From positions 62,001 to 126,000 of IMG/VR virus record IMGVR_UViG_3300025770_001492: a stretch of 64,000 bases of DNA; one strand, given 5' to 3'. This document shows positions 53,980 through 63,119 of this stretch, piece by piece. Below the pieces are notes generated by a model that searched no databases, was not told the origin of the DNA, and worked only from the letters and a program-made list of their open reading frames with translations. The position numbers and the translations under genes were made by a program. Position 1 is the stretch's first letter, and every line of letters starts with the position of its first letter.

Positions 53980-54504
53980 TTAATCTTTCCATTGTTTCCA
54001 TTTGCCCGTCTTTTCATTTTTAAAGTAAAAAGCAGCTTTTGGATCTTGTGTGTCTACCTTGAAGAAAGGCTCAGATCCTTTTCTGTTTCTGCACCACTTG
54101 TTTTCAACAGGCGACTCCAGCATGGCTTCACGATTTACAATGAACAGCCTTTTGTAATCGCCCCCGATTATCATCATATGAGTGGCATGCTCTTCTGCTT
54201 TGTCCCTTTTGCGGTAAGGGAAGTCCATTGTATGAAATTTGAAAGGAACGTCAAACCATTTTGTTCCCCAATCTTGCTTTATCTCGGCCTCAATTCTCCA
54301 TTCACCGATACTCTTTTTTGAATGCGTTCCAGCAACATCCCATATCTTTTTAAATTTTCCTCTGCTCTCGTCTAAGTTCTCTGATATTTTTTTGAATCCA
54401 CGTTGTTGTAAAAATTCCGTTGCCACTAGCTTTGCAGGTCCATCATACTTTTCGTACCTATCTTTGCAAAACCTTATATCATTAGGTTTTGGCATCAAAT
54501 ACAT
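53980..54504 (-). CDS. PD-(D/E)XK nuclease-like protein
   Basis: WDVAG...IEAEIKQDW pattern. Confidence 0.55.
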   Translation of the reverse strand: MYLMPKPNDIRFCKDRYEKYDGPAKLVATEFLQQRGFKKISENLDESRGKFKKIWDVAGTHSKKSIGEWRIEAEIKQDWGTKWFDVPFKFHTMDFPYRKRDKAEEHATHMMIIGGDYKRLFIVNREAMLESPVENKWCRNRKGSEPFFKVDTQDPKAAFYFKNEKTGKWKQWKD

Positions 54505-55208
54505 TCCTTAAACTTAGAGCATCTCCTTATCTTTGCTATAGTTTCGAAACCTTTGGTTCCCAAAATCCCATCAGCAAAGCCGTAGTACACTGCCTCTTCC
54601 GCAGACATGTACCAATCACTCTTATCCTTGAGCTTTTTATCTATCCAAGATATAATTCGTGATTCTGTGTATTCTTTCTCTAAAAAGAACTCTCCAATCT
54701 TACAGCGTCTAGCAAATATTTGCAACATACGTTTCATATATTTATTATTCATTTCCACAGCGGAGTTTACAGCTATGGAGTTATCATGCAAAGCTATAGA
54801 ACCATGGTGAATCATGAATTCACAATTAGGCGTTAAAACTCTTTTATCAGCCGCTTGCAACAAAATTCCACTCATAGAAGAAGCTTGTGCATAAGTAACA
54901 AACGTGACTGATGAGTTTGCAAATCTAATTGCATCAAACATCGCTAACCCATCGCACCAACTTCCGCCAGTAGAATGCATGTGTACCAGTACGTTTTCAG
55001 AATTCTGATTCTCTAAAACAGATAAATTTTTATTAAATCTAACTGCCATTCTGTAATCTACACCTGGTTCGGAATCGTCAGACAAAGGGCTTAAAGAACT
55101 GTGCAGAAAGAGTTCTCTTGTATAGTGATTGATATTGTGAGAGTGAACATCGCTGAGAAGCTGTTCAATTTCCGACTTTTTACGCAAACTATTTTTCGTT
55201 GTAGCCAT
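54495..55208 (-). CDS. clpP: ClpP-like ATP-dependent protease proteolytic subunit
   Basis: STGG, ASSM (Ser), MIHHG (His) and DWYMSAEEAVYYGFADGI (Asp); GGAGG before ATG at 55208. Confidence 0.88.
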   Translation of the reverse strand: MATTKNSLRKKSEIEQLLSDVHSHNINHYTRELFLHSSLSPLSDDSEPGVDYRMAVRFNKNLSVLENQNSENVLVHMHSTGGSWCDGLAMFDAIRFANSSVTFVTYAQASSMSGILLQAADKRVLTPNCEFMIHHGSIALHDNSIAVNSAVEMNNKYMKRMLQIFARRCKIGEFFLEKEYTESRIISWIDKKLKDKSDWYMSAEEAVYYGFADGILGTKGFETIAKIRRCSKFKECI

Positions 55209-55319
55209 CGCAACCTCCAAAAAAGTCTTTATTTAATTCACTATTATATATCTGATTTATATTCTATTTATCTTTTTTAACTTCCTTCCTAGGAAAATAT
55301 TAAAACTATTAACTTCAAA

Positions 55320-55360
55320 AATGTTCATAAGTCCTTTTATTTAAAGAACTTATGAACATT
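55320..55360. other. 13-bp inverted repeat between spoVR and clpP
   Basis: aatgttcataagt (55320-55332) / acttatgaacatt (55348-55360). Confidence 0.5.
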
Positions 55361-55458
55361 ATGATCTTTAGAGATCCCATTCTCAGCCTCAGATTGTTTA
55401 TCACTCATTGCTTACATCCCTTTTGACTTTCTTTAATGCTTTTAGCAGGTCGAACACC

Positions 55459-57051
55459 CTATAGCGATTCGTATTCTTCTCTGGTCATGACGGCCACATC
55501 GCCATCCTGTGTTCCTACGCACCAATAAACTATTTCTTCGTCATCGGAACCAGTAGTAGACAACACCACATCATTCCCCCAAATGAATCTTAAAGACTTT
55601 AAAGTGGGGATTAAATCCGGCTCATACAAGCCTCTGCCATCGGAGTTGTGCTCTAGCAACATGACTCCCTTGCCTTGGTGGTTTGGATCTACTAGATATA
55701 TCTCTGGCAAGCCTCCATTCAAATGTCTTTTGATCAACTTACTTTTGATTGACTTGTGGTCACGATTTTCAATCTTGTACTCGCCATTTGGATATCTTTT
55801 CCATTCAAAAAACTCATATTTATTACAAAAATCTTCTGTGAAAAACTCCATCAAAGCTGTTAGGTCATTATATTGCTTTCGAACATCAAATATTTTATCT
55901 CTGCCTAGACCTAGATTCTTATCCCAATTTTCTTTTTCTACTATATTGCTACATTCTTCGTACTCTTGGCCAAACTTGCCTTTATTCCACCTCTCTTCGA
56001 TATCCAACAAAAGACAGAATCCTAGCTTATAAGGATTCATCGAATACTTGCCTCCGAGAACGCCCATCTTGTGAGCGGAGTATTCAACGATGCCGCAGTC
56101 TTCGCCTGTCTGCCCTAAGCCACAAAGTCCCATTTCACACATTACTGTATAATCTGTAAAGCTTGCCCATCCTTCGTTGAGCATTTTTGTAACTCTTTGA
56201 GGCGAAAAATATAAACTTTCCTCATACATCATGGAAAGAATGTCTGACTGCCAAGGTTTCAAAGGAGCACTATCTCTTAAAAATCCCATAATGTCTTTAG
56301 TTGGATTTTTAAATATTCCAATTTGCTGTGCGGCCTCATCTCGACTAATCTTTTCTTTTTGGCCATCAATCCATCTTTTAGGATTGATATAAGGCTCCAT
56401 GTAATCACGGTCAGAATTTACACCTAACCTTTTAGGCTGCTTGTAGGTTCTCTCATCTTGTATGACACGATCTTTTACAACCTTTTCTTCCCAAGCCTTC
56501 GCTGAGTCTATCAAAGTTTCAATCGAGCAGCAGTGGTCGATAAATTCTGTAACTTTCTCCACGCCCCAACGCTGCATGTATTTTCGGATGCGGGTTCCAT
56601 GATTAGCAAGTTGGTTCATCATATTTTGCGAGGTGGGCGCAAAATATATGTTGTTCTTAAAAAAGTCATTGTGGCCTAAAGCGTGAGCAATAACCGTAAC
56701 ATTATCCACCAGCGTATTTGAATCCAAACAGTAGATGTAACAAGGATTGGTATTAATAACCATTTCATAAATTCGGTGCATCCCATGCTCGTAACCTTTT
56801 TGAAGGCTTTCGTATTCCATTCCCCATTTCCAGTGTGGGTAACGAACTGGAAATCCTCCGTAAGATGCAACTTCACTTATTTCATCGTAAGTCAGCATCT
56901 GAACAACGGTGGGATAAAAATCGCAGCCGAAGTCTTTAACTGCCTTGAATATGTCAGGCATAATCTTCTTAAGCTCACTAGGAAGCTGAACGCCTGGCAC
57001 AGTGCTGTCACCGAGAAGCAGAGAAGAGCCTCTGAAAAATTTACTAGACAT
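55459..57051 (-). CDS. spoVR: SpoVR/YcgB family protein
   Basis: GFPVRYPHWKWG, IYEMVIN..PC, VIAHALGHNDFFKN, TKMLNEGWASF and NPYKLGF. Confidence 0.95.
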   Translation of the reverse strand: MSSKFFRGSSLLLGDSTVPGVQLPSELKKIMPDIFKAVKDFGCDFYPTVVQMLTYDEISEVASYGGFPVRYPHWKWGMEYESLQKGYEHGMHRIYEMVINTNPCYIYCLDSNTLVDNVTVIAHALGHNDFFKNNIYFAPTSQNMMNQLANHGTRIRKYMQRWGVEKVTEFIDHCCSIETLIDSAKAWEEKVVKDRVIQDERTYKQPKRLGVNSDRDYMEPYINPKRWIDGQKEKISRDEAAQQIGIFKNPTKDIMGFLRDSAPLKPWQSDILSMMYEESLYFSPQRVTKMLNEGWASFTDYTVMCEMGLCGLGQTGEDCGIVEYSAHKMGVLGGKYSMNPYKLGFCLLLDIEERWNKGKFGQEYEECSNIVEKENWDKNLGLGRDKIFDVRKQYNDLTALMEFFTEDFCNKYEFFEWKRYPNGEYKIENRDHKSIKSKLIKRHLNGGLPEIYLVDPNHQGKGVMLLEHNSDGRGLYEPDLIPTLKSLRFIWGNDVVLSTTGSDDEEIVYWCVGTQDGDVAVMTREEYESL

Positions 57052-57056
57052 ATTTT

Positions 57057-58289
57057 TTATCCTTGAATCTTCTTTTCTATTAAACCCGGTTTTCCTAATA
57101 AATCAATAATTGCTTCTCTGATTTTTACGTCTCTTTCTTCCTCTGAAATTTCAGAAGCAGGCCCCCAACTAGATACATTGTCTTCTGAGTCAGACATTAT
57201 ATCTGTGGTCACAACGTTAGAAGGAGGGCTTTCCGACATTAAAACATTCTCATCTACATATTCTTTCAAGCTTCCCTTGTATCTCCAAGGCAAAATTTGA
57301 GCTATTCCTATAAAGTTGACAATATCTTCTGTGAATTGATCTTTTATTATTTTTGAAAAGACTTCGTTGTCATTGTCCCAGTTTTCCCCGTCAGTAAAAT
57401 AAATTACGTACACATTCCACTTTTCAGGAGGAAACCTATTTTCCATCTGCTTTGAAATTAATTTCAAAGCAGATGAACATGTTGTTCCACCACCATATCG
57501 GTATTTATAGAATCTTTTCTCATCAACTTCCGAAGCTTCTGTGTCGTGCCAAATATAACATCTTTCGACACGTTTATAAAACTGCCTTATCCATAAATCT
57601 ATCCACCAAGACATATCGCTAACAATATCACACTTTGTCTGGTCCATTGAAGCAGATCCATCACGAGCGAAAAATATAACAGCATTGCTCGATGGAACTT
57701 TTATTTCTTTATATCGCCTATACCTGCGATCACTGTTTATCGGCATGATCATTTTTACAGGCTCCTTCATGCCGGGAATGGCATGGAGTTTTTCCAATTC
57801 TCCAGAAGCAGCCATTCTCTTCATGGCTTGCTGCATAGTTCTTCGATTGTGCCTTAAGGATTCTGGACCTTGTAATGAAATATCATTGTATTTAATTTTA
57901 ATTTCATCATAAGTTTGATTTGGCTTTGGCTTTAAATCAGGAAGTTCTAATTCATCCTGAAGAAATTTTAAAACATCTTCCAAGTCTATGGATATAGTAA
58001 CGCCATCAGATTGTCCTTGTCCTGCCTTGCCCTTGCCTTTTCCATCGCCTGGATCATCTCTCCCAACTACGTCTCCAGGTTTTCCACCGCCACGTCCGAC
58101 TCCCTCGCCACTATTCCCATAAACAATATGTGGTATGTCTATTTTTGGGATTGTGATGTTTATCTTTTTCCCATCTCCACGAGTTCTAAATATAGATCCG
58201 TTTTTAATCCTCTTTTGAAGATCTTTTCTTATTCGGCCAGAATAAACATCTCTAAATCTTTTGTGGTCTTCTTCAATACGTCTTGGCAT
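57057..58289 (-). CDS. yeaH: YeaH/YhbH (DUF444) vWA-like protein
   Basis: Gly-rich GRGGGKPGD segment, MIDAS-like DGSASM, GGGT..SSA and FTDGENW. Confidence 0.93.
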   Translation of the reverse strand: MPRRIEEDHKRFRDVYSGRIRKDLQKRIKNGSIFRTRGDGKKINITIPKIDIPHIVYGNSGEGVGRGGGKPGDVVGRDDPGDGKGKGKAGQGQSDGVTISIDLEDVLKFLQDELELPDLKPKPNQTYDEIKIKYNDISLQGPESLRHNRRTMQQAMKRMAASGELEKLHAIPGMKEPVKMIMPINSDRRYRRYKEIKVPSSNAVIFFARDGSASMDQTKCDIVSDMSWWIDLWIRQFYKRVERCYIWHDTEASEVDEKRFYKYRYGGGTTCSSALKLISKQMENRFPPEKWNVYVIYFTDGENWDNDNEVFSKIIKDQFTEDIVNFIGIAQILPWRYKGSLKEYVDENVLMSESPPSNVVTTDIMSDSEDNVSSWGPASEISEEERDVKIREAIIDLLGKPGLIEKKIQG

Positions 58290-58310
58290 TACTGAACCCT
58301 TTAGTAGTCT

Positions 58311-58351
58311 AAAATAAAGAGCCACCCCCACAAAGAAGTGAAGAGTGGCTC
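58311..58351 (-). terminator. terminator-like hairpin between prkA and yeaH
   Basis: GAGCCACTCTTCAC-TTCTTT-GTGGGGGTGGCTC followed by TTTATTTT. Confidence 0.55.
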
Positions 58352-58364
58352 ATCCTCTTTATAT

Positions 58365-60479
58365 CTAGGAGTCGTTAGCTACATCGCCTCTTGCAAATAT
58401 AGAACCAACATAATCAAGAACATCCGTTGCGGATTTTTCGTTATATCCATGATGCTTAATCAAGCGGGACTTAATTGCATCAATTTTTTCTTGAACGTCT
58501 GGATCAACTACAGAGGCACCAAGAGAATTTAAAGCAGAAAGCTTTATGTGATCTCTAGTGTCTTCGAATAGTTTGGTTTGCAAAGCCTTTTGCAACTGTG
58601 GGTTACTATCCCACTTAAAGGTTTTGCTTTCATGGGCAAGATTTCCAATGAAAGCTGCCAAACTTCTGCGGAAGTCGTCAGAGCCAACTTCTGGAACATC
58701 AATTTTTTCTTCAATCGATCTCATCAACTGCTCATCTGGCAACTGTTCCTGTCCTGTGTACGGATTGGTCACTTTTGCCTTTTTAATGTATGCCATCACG
58801 TTATCGACATAATTAGTACAAAGTCTAATAATGGCATTCTCATCACCAACAAGTGCTTTTTGAACTTCTGTTTTCAAAATCTCATCTAGCTCTTTCATAG
58901 CAAAATCAACACAAGTGTTAAACCTACTTGCGTCCTCTTGATTAGAGATCAAAGAAGATCCGTCAAGTCCTTCACGAATTTCATTCAGCACCATGAATGG
59001 ATTGATGTAATCATGGTGAGAACTCAAACAGTTAGAAATCTTGTCCTGAACATATCGAGCAGAGACTCCGCCAGACATCCCTTCATTTGGATATTTATCT
59101 CGCATTTCTTTTACTGAATCTTCAGTCCAGCCAGGCATTGATTTTCCATCATAAAGCTTTGACTTCTCTACCAAAGAAATTTTGCCATCTTTATCATCTT
59201 GCAATCTTGTCAAAACCGCCCAAAGAGCGGCAATCTCTAAAGTATGAGGAGCAACATGCTGAGGAACTTTACTTTTGCCGTAATCGTTCTGATAAACTTT
59301 AAGTTCATCAGAAAGACTTAAAAGATATGGAACATCGATCTTCACAGTTCTATCACGCAAGGCTTCCATGCTTTGATTGTTCTTGAGTTTTTCATACTCA
59401 GGATTATTTGTATGCCCAATTAAGACTTCATCGACCCCAATCTGAGCGAACTTTTTCGGCTTTATGCTTCGCTCTTGAGACGCTCCCAAAAGATCGTACA
59501 AAAACTCTTGAGCAAGCTTCAGCATCTCAATAAATTCAACAACACCACGATTCCCCACACAAAACTCACCATCAAAGTTGAAAGCTCTAGGATCACTATC
59601 AGATCCAAAGTGAGGAAGCTTCGCATAATTGATGTCACCAGTTAGCTCAGTAGCATCTTGATTCTTTTCGTCTTTAGGTTGAAAAGTTGCAATCCCGCAT
59701 CTGTCTGCTTCAGAATAAACTTTTCTCACAACAACAATGTGCTCGTCAACAACCTTTCTCCAATCACCCTTGTGTATTTTCAAAAGTTCATCCATAAACT
59801 TTTTACATCTCGGATTAAGCTCCCCGTCGCAACGGAGTTCGTATGTTTGCTCTCCTTGAGGGTGATTCCCAAACTCTGCCTTTACTTCATTCAAATCTTT
59901 GAGAAGTTCTGCTCGTACTTTCATGGGCACTAACTTAATGGGATCGTCATGCATCGGACAATCATCAGAATCATTTGTATAAATTCCATCGGACCCTGTT
60001 GGAAGGTTTTTCCAACGGTATGTATACCAAGCACCTTGGTCTGTTTGAGAGTATTCTTCCATGCCTCTTTTGATAAGTCGGCAAATTGTAGACTTAGACG
60101 AACCTACTGGCCCGTGGAGAAGAAGAATTCTTTTTTCGGTTCCGTACCAACCGGCAGCACCCCGAATAAATTTAACCAATTCATGTAGAGTATTGTCCAA
60201 ACCATAAATTGGAATTTCATCATTATCAAAGAAGTTATAATGGATATAGGTTTTTCGATACTTTTTAAACTCAGAAGTTCCAGCATTCATGATCATATCA
60301 TAAACTCGCTGGTAAGCTGATCGGACTAAGCCTGGACTTTTATAACAACTATCAATGTACTCAGAAAAAGTCATTTCCTGATTAAGTGTTTGAAATTTAC
60401 CAGTATCAAAAAATCCAGCAAGCTTGTCTAGCTTAGAAGTGCCTTCATGCTCTTCCTTGTTGAAATTTTCATTTTCCAT
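58365..60479 (-). CDS. prkA: PrkA/YeaG family AAA+ serine kinase/ATPase
   Basis: LLHGPVGSSKST Walker A, DEKNQDATELTG, NRGVVEFIEM, HTNNPEY and ALRDRT. Confidence 0.96.
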   Translation of the reverse strand: MENENFNKEEHEGTSKLDKLAGFFDTGKFQTLNQEMTFSEYIDSCYKSPGLVRSAYQRVYDMIMNAGTSEFKKYRKTYIHYNFFDNDEIPIYGLDNTLHELVKFIRGAAGWYGTEKRILLLHGPVGSSKSTICRLIKRGMEEYSQTDQGAWYTYRWKNLPTGSDGIYTNDSDDCPMHDDPIKLVPMKVRAELLKDLNEVKAEFGNHPQGEQTYELRCDGELNPRCKKFMDELLKIHKGDWRKVVDEHIVVVRKVYSEADRCGIATFQPKDEKNQDATELTGDINYAKLPHFGSDSDPRAFNFDGEFCVGNRGVVEFIEMLKLAQEFLYDLLGASQERSIKPKKFAQIGVDEVLIGHTNNPEYEKLKNNQSMEALRDRTVKIDVPYLLSLSDELKVYQNDYGKSKVPQHVAPHTLEIAALWAVLTRLQDDKDGKISLVEKSKLYDGKSMPGWTEDSVKEMRDKYPNEGMSGGVSARYVQDKISNCLSSHHDYINPFMVLNEIREGLDGSSLISNQEDASRFNTCVDFAMKELDEILKTEVQKALVGDENAIIRLCTNYVDNVMAYIKKAKVTNPYTGQEQLPDEQLMRSIEEKIDVPEVGSDDFRRSLAAFIGNLAHESKTFKWDSNPQLQKALQTKLFEDTRDHIKLSALNSLGASVVDPDVQEKIDAIKSRLIKHHGYNEKSATDVLDYVGSIFARGDVANDS

Positions 60480-60600
60480 GAGAAGTTCCTATTCTATAAT
60501 TTCGAAAGTTTGGAGAGTTTGGAGATTCTTGTTCCCGAATATAAAAGAGTATAAGACCTTCTAGAATTATGATCAATGCTAATTTGTTTGATAAATTATT

Positions 60601-60969
60601 TTACTTAACCTCGCCAAAATTTTCGCCACTAGTGATGTCATCGATCTGTTGACCAAACTTTTTAACATCAGCATCTCCATACGGATCAGTTCCCATTTTG
60701 CTAACAGCTTCTGCAATTTTTCTGGTCGCTTTCACACCGCCTGGTTTTTCCATTTTATGTTTAAACCTATAATCGTGCGAATTGTTAAACTTATCTGTTC
60801 CCTCTGGATTTGAAAAAGAAAAATTTGTAGAAGAAACCAAAGAAACTTTTGATTTTGATCCACATTCAGGACACTTGGCTTTTTTTATATTTTCTTCCCT
60901 GTTGGACATTGTAGACATGATGTCATAATCATGTCTACATTTTTTACATTCTAATTCATAAAAAGGCAT
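60601..60969 (-). CDS. FmdB-family zinc-ribbon protein
   Basis: MPFYELECKKC...CPECGS. Confidence 0.8.
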   Translation of the reverse strand: MPFYELECKKCRHDYDIMSTMSNREENIKKAKCPECGSKSKVSLVSSTNFSFSNPEGTDKFNNSHDYRFKHKMEKPGGVKATRKIAEAVSKMGTDPYGDADVKKFGQQIDDITSGENFGEVK

Positions 60970-60971
60970 TT

Positions 60972-61298
60972 TTACTCCGAGTCTTCTTCGTTTTCGTTTT
61001 TATCTTGTGTTTTTTTATACATCAATATATACAGTAATGTATAAAGTTCGGCTATTTTTTTTGACTTGTATTCTGGTGATCTGAATCTCCAAAACCAACT
61101 TTTTTCTAATGTTTTACGTACTGTTTCCAAAACCTTGGGTCTAGGATCTTTTGTCTTAACTTCAACGTGCGGCACCTCAAGGTATTCTCGCATTATATCT
61201 TCTTCATCAAAATAACGTTCTTCATTGAAAAAATTATCTATATCGTCCCTGAAATCTTCGTTGCCATCATAATCGAAATATCTCATCCTTTCCTCCAT
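60972..61298 (-). CDS. hypothetical protein with acidic N-terminus
   Basis: 108 aa, tiles with its neighbours. Confidence 0.6.
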   Translation of the reverse strand: MEERMRYFDYDGNEDFRDDIDNFFNEERYFDEEDIMREYLEVPHVEVKTKDPRPKVLETVRKTLEKSWFWRFRSPEYKSKKIAELYTLLYILMYKKTQDKNENEEDSE

Positions 61299-61299
61299 C

Positions 61300-61830
61300 C
61301 TAAAAGGTAGCCTTGTATAATTTTTCTGCCTTTTCCCACAGCTTAATTATCCTAGATTCATTAACGCTCATTTCGGAACTTATAAATCTTCGAGATATAG
61401 CACCAAAGGGTAGTACATTTTTATTTATGCACTCAGCTAAAACAAAGTTACCAACTCCATCTAAATAACTTACGAATGTAGATTGTTCATTAGATTTAGA
61501 AGAAGTAATTTTATCCCCTAAATAAGTGTCAACGGCCATAACGTCAGAATTAATAAATAAAGTTTTTTCAAAATGTCTACTAAATTTCGTTTTAGCAACA
61601 TTTAAATAATTTTGATCATTATATTGAGAAAAATTAATTTTACATCTTTTTGCCCAATTTGAAACAATATCGCTTTTAATAAAGTCTCCTCTTGCAAGTA
61701 TGAAAACCTTTGCGTCTGGTAAATTCTTAACAATTGAATACCATGAGCAAAACGCCATCCATGGCTCAAATGGGTCTTTATCAATATTAATAACAACAGC
61801 TAAGTTGTCGCCAGTTTTAGAGATAGTCAT
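61300..61830 (-). CDS. hypothetical protein, weak GT-A-like pattern
   Basis: SWYSIVKNLPD...LFINSDVM. Confidence 0.5.
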   Translation of the reverse strand: MTISKTGDNLAVVINIDKDPFEPWMAFCSWYSIVKNLPDAKVFILARGDFIKSDIVSNWAKRCKINFSQYNDQNYLNVAKTKFSRHFEKTLFINSDVMAVDTYLGDKITSSKSNEQSTFVSYLDGVGNFVLAECINKNVLPFGAISRRFISSEMSVNESRIIKLWEKAEKLYKATF

Positions 61831-61912
61831 GTTTTAATTTAGTTACCAGTGTAAATTTTCAATAACTAAATAAACTACTTAGACTTACAATCGCAGTGAC
61901 TGCTTTATTGCT

Positions 61913-62119
61913 TTATTCCTTTGATTCATCTTCTATCAATTCTCCAGATTCAGCATCAACGATAGCAAAATCAGAAACATCCATTTTCAATGTTTCTACA
62001 TACTCTGCACATGCAGCGAGCATTTCTTTCGCTTCTTCAACATCAGAAGTAAACCACAATCCAACTTGAGGATGCTTTAAGGTTCTGCCTGTCTTTTTAT
62101 TCAATAAAGTATACATCAA
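61913..62119 (-). CDS. hypothetical protein
   Basis: 68 aa. Confidence 0.6.
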   Translation of the reverse strand: MMYTLLNKKTGRTLKHPQVGLWFTSDVEEAKEMLAACAEYVETLKMDVSDFAIVDAESGELIEDESKE

Positions 62120-62508
62120 CCTATATTAGTATCAGGCGATGGAACTTGAACCGTTGAGTTAGCATTATTTTGAGCTTGTCCAAATTGTTGAGGCTGACCT
62201 ATGCCGCCGCCACGAACCGAACCAGATTTTGGCGTCGAGGGTGGGGACATATTAGAAGCAGGGGGAACAGGATTCGGCTGAGTGCCGGGACTCATGTTTG
62301 AAGCTGGTCTTTTGTTGTTTGTTTGCAATTTGTCAGACACATTAAATGCCGATCTGGGCTTTTTAGAACTATTTAAATTATCTTGAGGATTGATGCCTGC
62401 CATTTGTGGATTAGCAGGTGCTACAGGGCTTTCTCCTGCCCTTCCTGCTGCGTTCATTCCTGTGGCACTTGCTCCCGTGCCTTGCTCAAGCCATTTTCTG
62501 AATTCCAT
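62116..62508 (-). CDS. Pro/Gln/Gly-rich disordered protein with capsid-targeting-like N-terminus
   Basis: MEFRKWLEQG; PASNMSP twice; TACATA-N5-ATG. Confidence 0.65.
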   Translation of the reverse strand: MEFRKWLEQGTGASATGMNAAGRAGESPVAPANPQMAGINPQDNLNSSKKPRSAFNVSDKLQTNNKRPASNMSPGTQPNPVPPASNMSPPSTPKSGSVRGGGIGQPQQFGQAQNNANSTVQVPSPDTNIG

Positions 62509-62522
62509 ACTATTATGTAGAT

Positions 62523-62801
62523 ATGGGACGTAAAAAAACGCTAATCAACAAGAAAAACAAGAAAAGATTAGAAAGCTGTGCTTTTTGCGAATGTGCAGAC
62601 TATGAAATTTTAGATGTCCACAGAATAAACGAAGGAGCAGACGGAGGAAGATATACCAGTCACAACTCCTTGACTGTCTGTGCAAACTGCCATCGGAAAA
62701 TTCATTCTGGAAAAATAAAAACATTCAGAAAGCATCTAAGCACTGGCGGATATGTCCTTCATTGTGAAATCGAAGGACAAGAACAGTTTTTGAAACTATG
62801 A
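62523..62801 (+). CDS. HNH endonuclease family protein
   Basis: CAFC...DVHRI...N.LTVCANCHRKIH. Confidence 0.85.
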   Translation: MGRKKTLINKKNKKRLESCAFCECADYEILDVHRINEGADGGRYTSHNSLTVCANCHRKIHSGKIKTFRKHLSTGGYVLHCEIEGQEQFLKL

Positions 62802-63062
62802 TTACTTCTTTGCGTTATTGTCAGGCAAAAATTTTGCTGCATCGGCTGGCTTTAGCTGGCCGCTATCGATTGCTTTTATAACATTATTTTTTACAGCATC
62901 TTTTACGGCTTTAGAATCTCCACCACTTTTGATTGTTTTTGTGGTGTCTGCTTTAATTTGCTGGCTCAACTGAGAATTCTCTGCGTCCTTTTCCGCATTG
63001 CCCTGTTGTCCCACTTCCATCTCTTTAAGAGATACCCATTTTTCAAAAGAATAATTATTCAT
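62802..63062 (-). CDS. hypothetical protein with capsid-targeting-like N-terminus
   Basis: MNNYSFEKWVSLKEM; TAGATA-N7-ATG. Confidence 0.65.
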   Translation of the reverse strand: MNNYSFEKWVSLKEMEVGQQGNAEKDAENSQLSQQIKADTTKTIKSGGDSKAVKDAVKNNVIKAIDSGQLKPADAAKFLPDNNAKK

Positions 63063-63119
63063 AGTAATTTATCTATGTTTGAAGCGTAAATATTTAAAAC
63101 TTTATTTAAGGATGGATAA

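Noticed and set aside
60490-60530. Short direct repeat (ttggaga twice) upstream of prkA as a regulator site
   Set aside because: Two short copies only, not seen elsewhere; indistinguishable from chance
62523-62801. HNH gene as the homing endonuclease of the dnaE intron
   Set aside because: It lies about 9 kb from the intron with no linking evidence; small HNH genes are common free-standing phage genes
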